Below are positions 25,648 through 36,990 of a DNA stretch of 64,000 bases, one piece after another. Positions within the stretch are counted from its first letter, which is position 1. Every line of letters starts with the position of its first letter. The stretch spans positions 1 to 64,000 of the forward strand of contig JAHLWZ010000721.1 of NCBI GenBank assembly GCA_020536535.1. The letters are read 5' to 3'. Origin of the DNA: Pelomyxa schiedti (Eukaryota; Protista; Evosea). The translations under genes and the position numbers were made by a program. The notes under the pieces were generated by a model. The model saw nothing but the letters and a program-made list of their open reading frames with translations. It was not told the DNA's origin and ran no database searches.

Positions 25648-28600
25648 ATGGTTTACGGACCCTTTTTTTTTTTAAACGCCCCCAACTGACTCGAAGGGCG
25701 CTGAAACATCCTCGCGGGGCAGTCTCTTGCAAAGTGATCAAGTTTTCACCAGAGGTGCCAACTTTAACCTTGGGAGGGTGTGTGCCGAGCTTGCGAGTCC
25801 ACTCTGTACTTGCAGGCACCTGCACCTTGACTGCAAAATTGGCCACCAGGGAGCATCAAGCATTGCGAGAGCACTCGAAGTGAACAAGTCACTCGTGTCT
25901 CTGAATCTCAATGGTGTGTGCCTTCATCCCATTGTGCTCTCTCCCAGTTCTCAAATGAACGAAATCATCCAGACAACGAAATTGGGAACGAGGGAGCAAC
26001 AAACATCGCTGGAGTACTCGAATTGAACAAGTCACTCGTTTCTCTGGATATATCATGTGCGTTCCCATTGTGCCCTCTCAGTTCTCGAATAGTGATGGGG
26101 TTTACTCTCTCCAAAACAAAATCACACAGCCAACGCAATTGGGAGTGAGGGTGCAACAATCATTGGGAGAGCACTCGAATCGAACAAGTCACTCGTGTCT
26201 CTGGATATATCAGGTGACTGTTCCCGTCGTTTCTTTTTGCTCTCTCAATTCTCAAATGGTGGTGACTCGCCAAAGCCAACAACATTGGGAATGAGGGAAC
26301 AACAAGCATCGCGAGAGCACTTGAATTGAACAAGTCACTCGTGTATCTGAATATATCATGTGTGGCTCCTTTGGTCTCTCCATTTTCAAATGATGGGTTG
26401 ACTCTAAATCACTCAGGGAACTCAATTGGGAGTAAAGGAGCAACAATCATCGCGGGAGCACTCGAATTGAACAAGTCACTTGTGTCTCTGGATATCCGGA
26501 GTGTGTTCCGTCGCCCCATTGGGCTCTCTCAATTTCCAGTTATCAACGATGGGATTGACTCTCTCCAAAACAAAATCACCCAGGGAACTCAATTGGGAGC
26601 GAGGGAGCAACAACCATCGCGAGAGCACTCGAATTGAACAAGTCGCTGGTATCCCTGGATCTTTTATGTGTGTTCCCATTGTGCTCTCTCTCAATTCTCA
26701 AATGGTGATTGAATCTGCAAAACAAACATCACTCAGACAACGAAATTGGGAGTGAGGGCGCAACAATTATCGCGAGTGCACTCGAATCGAACAAGTCCCT
26801 TATGTATCTGTGTATATCATGTGTGTTCCCATGGTTCTATTGTGCTCTCTCAAATGGTGATTGACTCTCCAACACAAAATACCAGCCAACAAAATTTGGA
26901 GCGAAGGAGCAACAAGCATTGCAAGAGCACTCGAATCCAACAAGTCACTTGTGTCTCTGGATATATCATGTGTGTTAGCCTTGCTCTCTATCTCTCTCAA
27001 TTCCCAAATGGTGTTTGCTTCTCCAAAACAAAATCACTCAGGGAACTCAATTGGGAGTGAAGGAGCAACAAGAATTGCAAGAGCACTCGAATCCAACAAG
27101 TCACTTGTGTCTCTGGATTTACGAAGTGTGTTCCCATTGTGCTCTCTCTCTCAATTCCCAAATGACGACTGACTCTCAAAATCACACAGCCAACACAATT
27201 GGGAGTGAGGGAGCAACAGGCATCGCGAGAGCACTCGCATCGAACAGGTCACTCGTGTCTCTGAATCTCGGGGGTATGTCTCTTTGTTCCATTGTGCTCC
27301 GTCTCAATTTTCAAATGATGATTGACTCTCAAAAAATAAAATCACACAGCCAATGAAATTGGGAACGGGGGAGCAACAAATATTGCGAGAGCACTTGAAT
27401 CGAACAAGTCACTTGTGTCTCTGGATATATCATGTGTGTTCCCATTGTGCTCTCCCTCAATTCCCAAATGATGGGGTGACAACATCACTCAGACAACAAA
27501 ATTGGGAGTGAGGGGGCGACAAACATCGCCAGAGCACTCGAATTGAATAAGTCACTCGTGTCTCTGAATATATCGCGTGTGTTCCCGTGGTTCCATTGTC
27601 TCTCTCAAATGATGGTGATTGACTCTCTCCAAAACAAAATCACCCAGATAACAAAATTGGGAGTGAGGGAGCCAGAAGCATCGCGAGAGCACTCGAATTA
27701 AACAAGACACTTGTTTCCCTAGATATATCACGTGTGTTCCCATCGTTACATTGCTCTCTCATATGGTAGTGATTGACTCCAAAACAAAATCACTCAGGCA
27801 ATGACATTGGGAGTGAAGGAGAAACAATAATCACAAGAGCGCTCGAATCGAACAAGTCACCAGTCTCTCCGAATCTAGGAGGTATGTCTCGTTGTTCCAT
27901 TGTGCTCTCCCAGTTCCAACAAAGTGGTGACTCTTCATCCACAGAGATACAACTCTTTTGGTTTACATGGGTGATACACCCCACTTTGGGTGCTTCTCTT
28001 CTGGCCTTTCTGCAACCCCAAACTTCTGCATTTTCGTGCCCTAGTGTTGGTGGCACCAAATACCCTCTGAGCTGGGGCATTTGGCTTGTCTCAGGAGGCC
28101 CAGAAAACACACTCTCTGATGCCCTTTTTGAAATTCCCATTGAGATTTTTGATTCACAGAATCGCCCTCCCAGTTATGGATATCCTTATTCCTCTATTTG
28201 CTGAATCTCCCCCTCCATCCCTCTCGAAACAGGGACACACCCGAATGCAATGGCAGTTGCCACAGGCAAAGAATACTTTGACTGTAACTTCACAAAATCA
28301 CCCACAAGTTCTGCCCAGACTCGCTCGACAATGCCAGAAACTCCAGTCGAAGAAATTCCTCAACACAACCAACAACCGTTTCCAGACTCCTCAATGACTT
28401 CGGCACCTGTAGAAAACACACAAACAGCCCCCACGTCTTTGCATTCTCCAAATTTGTCACTCCCGTTTGCCCAACGGTCATCAGCGGCATCTAAACTGGG
28501 CACTCCTTCACAATCACCTGAAACACTCACCAGTGAAATTCCTGCAACAAACCCTCCACCTGCAGCCACCACACCGAGACCCTCACTCCCAAGTAAACCT

Positions 28601-30014
28601 CCAACAGTTGGACGAAAACCTGAAAGTAACGGAACACCATTTCAAATTGAAACAGCCAACTCAGAACAAACGTGTTGCTGGCTTGAATCTGTTGGCGTGG
28701 ATGACGACTGCCTGAAAATCATCAGAGCGAACAAACTGAGAGGAAGAACACTTGCCAATTACTCTGTGCAACAATTGTGTGACCTTGGCCTCGTTATCGG
28801 TGATGCAGAATTCATTGTGGACGAAGTCAAAGCCCATTTATCATCAAGATGTCAAGAGCAATCGTCGCACAGTTCCCTCATCAAGTCGACAGGTTGGCAA
28901 ATGCTCTCCGATCTCAACTTTTTCTCACTTTTTTTTCCCAGTTGGAGCAGAACCTCTTTTCGGTGCAGAGATGAGCTACAAGTGCTTTGCATTTGTTGTC
29001 GGGAATGAATCCTATGGGAATCGTTCACTCAAAAACTCCATCAATGATGCAGAATCTATTTGTGAGGTCTCTTCCATTTCCCAAGTCAAACTTTGTGTTT
29101 TTGACATCGAAGACAATGGCAGTTCCTGAAGAACAAATGTCAATTTGAAGTGGTCTGCCACAAGAACATTCGAAATCTCGATGTGTTTACTAGCAACTTG
29201 CGAAAATTTAAAGAGACACTGCTCGAGCAAAAAATTGCAGGAAACAAGGTTTGATGGTGGCACCCTTTTCAAGCTTTGGGGTGACCAGACATCAGGTTGC
29301 AAGTATATTTTATTTTGCAGGACACGGGAGGCAAGTGGAAGGGCACAACTTCCTGCTGATGACATGTGACGAGACTGCTTTTGAGGAGACCAGTTATGGC
29401 CGCATGGAGCTCAAAGCACCGATGTTTGGCACTGTGATTGATGAAATTAAGAGCTACTCTGACCTGACAATCGGCATTCTTGATGCTTGCCGTCTATCCA
29501 AGGAGAAGAGTGCCACGGCGGTACAGATAATCTCTTTTATTCATATTCAGCACACTGATCTTTTTTCCAAATTGGCCCAGTCGCGTGGGTTTGGAATTAG
29601 CAAAGAACCCCTCTTGGCGAAAGAAGAAGATTTCCGAGCTGGGTGCTTCTTGATTTATCCAACAAGTCCAGGTTTTTCCTTTGTGCCTTCCCCTATTATT
29701 TTTTTTTCCCTTTAAACATCGCCGCACACTCATCTGACTCATGTACAGGAAAGGGAACACAGGATGTTTGTGCTCTCCCAAACAGGAAGAACCATGGATT
29801 CTTCACTGGTTGCTTCCTCGAAGGTTTCATTCCCTGTTTCCCCAGCCCTCCTGACAACTGTCACCACACATACTCAGTTGTCGAGAACGCAGAACCCGGC
29901 ACATCGTGGAACGACGTCGAGTCCGCTATTATTCAGATGGTGCAGACGCAATCTCATGGTAAACAGACGCCATGGGTCTCAAAGAGTTCTGGACTTCGCT
30001 TTGCCCTCTTCTGA
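25648..30014 (+). CDS. LRR-SAM-caspase(C14) protein, copy 2; apparently intact
   Basis: ATG 25648|intron|GAETSS; 14 LRRs, all open in phase 1; SAM at about 28640-28840; caspase fold AFVVGNESY..SLKNSINDA, FYFAGHG (His codon 29323), ILDACR (Cys codon 29488), YPTSPG, NHGFFT, QTPW. Confidence 0.9.
25834..27881 (+). repeat. Tandem exon-intron LRR array of copy 2, 14 units
   Basis: Thirteen 84-nt exons (25973 to 27798) plus the LRR in the preceding exon; introns homologous to those of array 1. Confidence 0.95.
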
Positions 30015-30040
30015 TGTGAATTACTTCAGAGGTAAAATGA

Positions 30041-30096
30041 ACGGAATCTCATGACGAACAGACACCATGGGTCTCAAAGAGTACTGGACTTCGCCT
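30041..30096 (+). pseudogene. Relic duplicate of the caspase-gene 3' end
   Basis: acggaatctcatgacgaacagacaccatgggtctcaaagagtactggacttcgc repeats the terminal exon (TESHDEQTPWVSKS.GLR). Confidence 0.75.
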
Positions 30097-30399
30097 TGCT
30101 TTCTGCCGAGGCAACAAGCCACTTTTGTAAAAACTGCACTGTACATAAAATGGAAGCATTATTTAAACCATTGTAGCTTTTGCGGTGGCCAAAAGAAAAA
30201 AAATCAAGAAGGTCTACACATCAAATAAATTTTTAAGATGGAAAACACAGCCTACAATTTACATTACCACGATGGTGGTGGCAGAAACAATCTTGTAGAA
30301 AATACGATTTCAGTAAAAGCCACTCTGTATGGAGTATTTAGGAAAAAGGAGAGATGTATGTACGTGAGAATTTACTTTATTTTAGTACAGGACCCGCGA

Positions 30400-33300
30400 A
30401 GCTGCCCATCTAGTATAACATCAAAATTGCGTTCTGAAGAGATTTCCACCCAAGCAACAGGAATGGAGGTGCCCCTTCTTGCTCGTTTCTTTAACCAAAA
30501 TTAGCATCTATTCAGGCCGTACTTGTTCAAAGAAATGCACACCACGTCACTTGGATCACAGTGGAGTTGAAGCAGCATGAGATGCTCTGTACAACCAATA
30601 TCCTGTTTCATCTCCGCAGAATTCACTCTCAGGCTTTCGGTCATTGTCTGTTTCACAACTCCAGATAGATCCACCTTGATGTTAATAGTTAACAATTGCG
30701 AGAGGAAAACATTGCAGATTTTCTAGGATTTGGGGATTATCGTACAATTGCATATTTCAACTCGACTGTAAAGAAGGAAGTGTTCTTTCCACGGGAAGAG
30801 TGTGAAACAGAACCAGGCGTAATGATTGAACAACTTTTCAGGAATGGGTGAGTGTAACAAGGTTGATGCGGACTTTCGCACTGACAAACTAAAATCGGGA
30901 TCTTTGATTCAATTACCAAAAATGTAATATAAAGAGAAACATACATTTAGTGCATAAGTCGCCTCTCGGAAGAAATTTTCTAACGTCGAACGCACAAGCG
31001 ATGCCGGATTCGCAATTTTACTGCCTATAAATGCAGTTTGAGGTCCATGTCTCAAGTCTTCAGCATCCGGGGCCTCAATATTATCTTGCAATGTGGGCTT
31101 AGGAGCTGGGCGAATTGGAGAATCTTCCAGGGTTTCCACTCTGGAAGTGATTAATGTTTGCTGGAATAAAAGCAACAAGGTTCAACCTTTTCCCTCTCGG
31201 TAATGGTGGGAACACCGGCAATATCTCCATCATTCCTTTGCACATGCCCACAACGTACCGACAGTACCTTGATGGAATTAGAAGGAGACTATTAGCCATT
31301 GGGGTGTAAACCAGGCATCTTGCTCACATAACAGCTGACAATAAAAGGATTCTGGAGCAGGAAGAAGATAAAAGATAATATCTACAAAAATGTTGAGTGA
31401 AAATTTGTACGGGGTTGGAGCCAACCTTTGTCAGAAAACAGTGAATTGCACTGCTGTCTAAGCAATAAATACGAGTTGAGCACAGTGAAAATTAACGCGT
31501 CAGTTCCAATCACACCCACACGTACAGCTTTCATCTGGGTGAGTGAGAGCTTTGTTTTCAGAATTTGAAAACAAGGGTGAGATTTTATGGCATCCTGCTG
31601 TGAATTGATGGATGCAGTTGATGTTGGAACCGATGGAGATGATGGAGCTTTAGCAGGGATAGTAGGGGGAGACTCACTACAAGTGATATCCCAAAATTTG
31701 AAACTAAGTGGAGGTGGCCTAACATCTCAATCAGAAAGAGTTAAAGAAAAGAAGAGGTACAGCATATATTGTAACAGTGGAGGTTTAAATGCTTGTCCCA
31801 CATTCATGCACCCAAAAATTTTGTCTTTCAGATGATTTAATTTTACAAAACAAAATTGCTTGGCGTGATTTGGAGGCCTGCCAACAACTTATTTAATTAT
31901 CAGGAAGGCTGGGAAAGTATCACTGCATACATGCTTTCTGCCTTCTGCGTTATTTCAACTGCTTCAGTGAAAAATCTATCTACATCTGCCATCAAGCAAT
32001 GAGATAGACCAAGTAAATCAGTATCGATTTTCAAAACCCGAGACAGCAGATCTATTTTTGTTTTCACGCTTTTGTTCAAGTTTCATATATTTCCCAAAGT
32101 TACATTATTGTAATTAAAGTAAAATAATTGACAAAACTTACTTGCTAAAATGCTGCAGCGTATTTCGTGTGGGGATGGTGACCATGGTTGCCAAAAACTT
32201 GACATGTCCCTAATTCCCACGGCCCACCCGTTTTTCCCTTCAATGAGAACATCAGTATCATTTTGTTCCATTTGACTTTGGTGGATGTTATTGGGGGAAA
32301 AAAATGTGGTTTAGTACACAATCAATGGAACTGGTGGTGGGAACATACGAGCTGGTATTAGATAGAATTTGTGGTGCTTCTTGGAAAAAGAAATTTCTCA
32401 TGTAAGTTCCGGGTATAGATTCTTCCCTGCAATAGTACACCAATAAGAGGCAAAGCAGTTACAAGATAAATACATGGCGAGAATATGTAGAAGTTCACTG
32501 GCAAGTTTGGAATAAGGGTTTTGCATAGCATAACAAAGTTTCAAGGCGTCCGCAATAGAGGCCGCTGTAACACCGTCGATGAAGGGACACTGCAAGTAAG
32601 TTATAACGTGCTGGGTGATTGCAGTGTCATACACTATGTAAAATTATCCTCACTAAGTGCAGTAATGCCAGAAGTCTTGAACCTTTCACAAGAATTTCTG
32701 GTACTAGAAGTGCAATTATACCATTGACAATGGATTGCCAGGTGGACTGCTTGCAAAGCTGGTTTCTTATGTAAGGAAGTGCAAGATACTTACAGGCTGA
32801 GTGTTAGGGAAAAAAGTGAGTTGAGGATGGGGTCCCGGGAATAAGAGAGAAAAGGAATGTTTGGTTGCACACCACTGCAAGTCTTTTTGAGTTCGATTGA
32901 AATCCGTCTTGTCAATTTGACTCCAACGCAATCTGACACCCAATCCCAAAGAGGATTGTTTGTATCTCCAATCAGTAACAAAACATTGACACGTTGTGAG
33001 AAAACTGTCATGGAGCTAAGTGATGATACTTCCACCCATCTGTCCATCACATTTTTGAATGTTGAATCAAGTGGATTGAACGGTGCAAACATTGCCACAA
33101 AATACAGAGACCGAACAAGAGTATCTTCGCCAACTCCGCCGCCATCACCCCATGCCAATGTTATCGCTCCATTCCCCAAAGTCTGTGATCCAGACTGCAA
33201 CGAGGAAGACGAGGCGGAATTGGACAGCGAATTAGAGGACGAACTAGAAGCCAATGCAGAACCAGAGCCCTGCGAGCCAATTCCACCACCAGGGTTGGAA

Positions 33301-34193
33301 TCAGATACCCCAGAAGAAGAAGAACCCCCAGAACTAGAAGCAGAATTAGAAGCCGCAGAAGCGGCCGCAGAGCCCTTAGCCTCACTCGCGTCCCTGTCGC
33401 CGGAATCGAAGAGACCAGCCACCACGTCCCCCTCGTCCTCCTCCTCGTCTCCCCCCTCGCCGCCCCCCTGCTCCTCTCCCTCTCCCTCGCCCCCTCCTCC
33501 CCCCTGCTCCTGCTGCAGCGTCATCAGCTGCGGGCCCCACACCATGGGGCTCATGTCCCGCAGCCCCACCAGGGCGCTGGCCAGGTCCACCACCCCGCTC
33601 GCCGCGCTGTTGCCGCAGAAGAACATGGAGGAGGAAGACAGCGGCGGCGGCGCAGCAGAGGACGACACCGAGTCGGAGCGCAGCGAGGGCGACGGCGACG
33701 GCGACGGCGTGGGGGTGGGCGAGGGCGAGGCCGAGGGCGACGGCGACGCCAGGTGGGCGATGGGCAGGCCCAGGGCGACGGCGCGCTGGACGACGGCGGC
33801 GCCCAGCACCGCGGCGAGGTACGACGTGGCCGCGGAGGGGTGCGAGTGCACCGCGTGCCAGAGGCGGCGGTACCGCTGCGGCGTGTTCACCAGCCCCCGC
33901 ATCGACAGGAACTGCTGCACCAGCCCGCACATCGCCCACTGCGCCGCGGGGCCGGACCCCCCCGTCCCGGCGCCCGTGCCCCACCCGCCGGACCCCGGCG
34001 ACGACGGCACCAGCGAGACCGACAGCGCCGTCTCCGCAGACACGGGCGGCGCCGGCGGGAGCAGCGCCTCGTACTCCAGCAGCGACCTGCGGGACGGCCT
34101 GTGGCTCGTCGCGATGGCCGGGCTCGGTGGGGCCAGTGCCGCGGGCGAACCCCCTCGTTTCCTTGATGTAGGTGTGCCTGGTGGATCGACCAT
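30400..34193 (-). CDS. Large multi-exon hypothetical protein with Ser/Pro/Gly/Glu-rich N-terminus; 3' end approximate
   Basis: Long first exon (ORF 32790-34328, ATG 34193 MVDPPG) followed by minus-strand exons 32398-32634, 32083-32271, 31099-31299, 30909-31178, 30737-30946. No family recognised. Confidence 0.6.
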
Positions 34194-34339
34194 GTCTCGC
34201 GCCGCTTCGTTTTGTCTTCTTCTTTTCTTTTTTTGATTCCAGATAGCAGATAGAAAACAGAATTGATAGATAGTGTACACAACAGAGAGGAAGAGGGGTT
34301 GGTTGGGAGTATGTCTGTAGGTATGCATGGATGCGTGTA

Positions 34340-36628
34340 TCAGAACCTCCAGGGCACGGAGGAAGCTGTGGTGAGGGCAGGGGGAGGGTATGCGCTCACA
34401 GCCACATTGCTATGGAATGCACCCCCGCCTTGCCTAGGGGAGGCCGAGACCCCAGTGTGGGGCCAGCCGAGGTACGATGTTGTGATGATGGATGGTGGCA
34501 CGGCCTTGGTGGAGTATGCTGTGCTGTATGTCGAGGTGTACTGCGGGGCCTTGGGGGGTGTGATCCCGATGCCTGTTACAACGAGCGGAGGTGGGTTGGA
34601 GGGTGATGGCTTGGGTGGCGGGAATAGGGACGGGTAGTAGGATGTGGTGCCGGTGGTTGTAGTTGGGAAGTTTGTTGTAGGTAGCTGCGAGGTGCCGGAA
34701 ATGTATCTGGACCCCAGAGGTGGGGTGGGGTGTGTTGCTTGCCGCAGCTTGGCTACTGCTGCAAAGGCAGTGGTGCTTGTGGTGGCGTTGCTGGGCTTTG
34801 GAATGACGTTGGTTGCTGGGTTTGTTCTCTCGTATACACAGGGTGATGTGTCAGCAGGAGGAGGTAAATTGACTCTGGGTGATGCGAATTTGGAATTGAG
34901 AGGGGGGGTTGGTTGGGGTTTATTACGGACCGATAAAGGTGTAAGTGCAAAAGTTTCTCTTGTAATTGTTGATGGAGTTGCAGCAGGTTGTGAGATATTG
35001 TTTCTACACGTTGATTGTGTGCTGCGGAACGATGAAGAGTTTGATGAAGATGTGGATGACGCGGAAGATGGTATGGGTGGGAGAGAGGGTGCTTGTTGTT
35101 GCAGAGGACCCCTCGAAGGTGTGTAACCTGTTGCAGCAGTGGAAGCTTTACTGGGAACTGTGCTTTGAGGGGGAGGGGAGGCCTTATGAGTTACGTGTGA
35201 CGGGTGGTTGTCAGCTCTGGGACCTCGGTTTGATGAGCACGCCTTGTGGTCAGAAGTTAGAACAGAACTTATTCTTTTAAAGGTATACCTCTTCTACATT
35301 GCTCTTATCTTTAGTGGGGGGTGGTGCCGAAGTACTGGAAGAGGGAGTGGTTGTGTTTGTGTTTGTTGAAGGTTGAACAGGCAACATTGTGTGAACTTTT
35401 GCAAAAAATGGGTGGTGCAATGCCTGCTGTGCTGTCATTCTTTTGTTTGGATCGTACAAGAGAAGTCGCTCCATAAGGTCTATGGCCTCAGGACAAGCAT
35501 TGGGTATGAGCTGCCGCAGAGGTGTGGGAGCAACCTTGAATTTTTTTTTTAAGTTTTTCTAGTTCCTTCAAACCTAGGAAATACCTGAGACAATCGAATG
35601 TTCAATGCTGAAGCTAGCTTAACACCTTCAGCCCAATTATAAACAGTTGGTGAGCCCAGTACAGAGGAAATCTTGAATATCTGAAGATGTTATATTAGGG
35701 TTTGATTTGAATGATGATGTATACTTGGTCGGGCTCATTATTTCCAGGGAAGAGTGGATGTACAGTGTACAACTCTGCAATAATGGCTCCCATTGCCCAA
35801 AGATCTGTTTTCGTAACTGGTTAGAAAACTCACCAACCCTAGTTCAATTACCAACGGGAGAAGTATAATGCGGGCTCCTAAGCAATACTTCTGGGGCGCG
35901 ATACCACCGGGTTGAAACATAGTCTGTGTAGGGAGGTCTTGATCTAATTTCGCGAGCTAAGCCGAAATCGGCTAATTTGGCAATATCATTGGTCATAAGC
36001 CTGTGAGCGGTTATTTTACTTGTCGGATAATGGGACTTACAAATTTTCAGGTTTCATATCCCTAAAAAGAAGGTAAGGATAAAGTGCGAATATATTTAGG
36101 GTGTACCTGTGAAAAAAGCCTTGTTTGTGCATGTACTCAAGGGCAAGGAATACCTCAATGAAACCAAGTGAGTTGACTTACACATAAAAGCCAATGTTGT
36201 GTACCTGATAGGCAATGATCCTAATTTTGTTTTCCGGTAGCCCAGTGGACCTATTTTTTATTCTGTCATACAAATTCGACTCCATGTACTCAAAAACGAA
36301 GTAGAGTTCGTCGTTTTCCCGCACCACTTCACGCAGTTTGATAATGTTGGGGTGGTTCAACTTCCTCAAGGATTTCACCTCCCTAAGTTGAACGCATTCT
36401 TCCTGTAGGGGAAAAAAAGGGGAAGGAGAACAACAAGTCAGAAAAGCTGAGAGATGGTGAAAACAACGACAAGGCATTCTCATTCAAATCCACACGCACC
36501 CAAGATGGAAACTTCCTCTTCATTTTCTTGATGGCAACTACATCGCCGCTGGCTTTTTCAATAGCTTTCGTGACAACGCCGAAGGCACCGTCACCAAGCT
36601 CCGAGATCGTCGTAAACCGCGATTGCAT
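34340..36628 (-). CDS. MAK: MAK/ICK (RCK family, CMGC) Ser/Thr kinase with long Pro/Ser-rich tail
   Basis: [78 protein letters not shown] (TDY motif). Confidence 0.93.
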
Positions 36629-36990
36629 GTCGCGCTGGCAAATTATGGGCACTAAGATCCACAGAACGCACGACCGTCACTGCACCTCCACCGCACAAAA
36701 AGATCGCTCGTAACTCCGCTTTGTGTGTTACGTTGTTTTTTTTGTTTTCTGACCAAATAAATAAGATCAAAGGTTGAACTTCGGGGAAGGAAATTGTCAG
36801 CTTAGTAGATCCTGAGCCGCTGACCGGTGCAATCATCTTGGGTGATAAGGATCCCCCAGGATATCAGCAGCACTAGTTCTTGCAGTACTCCCTCAGTGAC
36901 CTTGGTTCTCGGCACTCATCAATCGATCAATGGATCGTTCCACGGAACTTCGGCAAAAAACAAAAAACAAAAAAACAAGTCGAACCGGAG

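Noticed and set aside
20223-27881. Regularly spaced repeats resembling a CRISPR array or satellite
   Set aside because: The units are 84-nt coding exons bounded by AG/GT, the 'spacers' are homologous introns, and there are no cas genes in this eukaryotic context.
32857-34236. 459-aa plus-strand ORF
   Set aside because: Antisense shadow of the GC-rich low-complexity first exon on the minus strand; the same applies to ORFs at 34263-35126 and 6666-7199.
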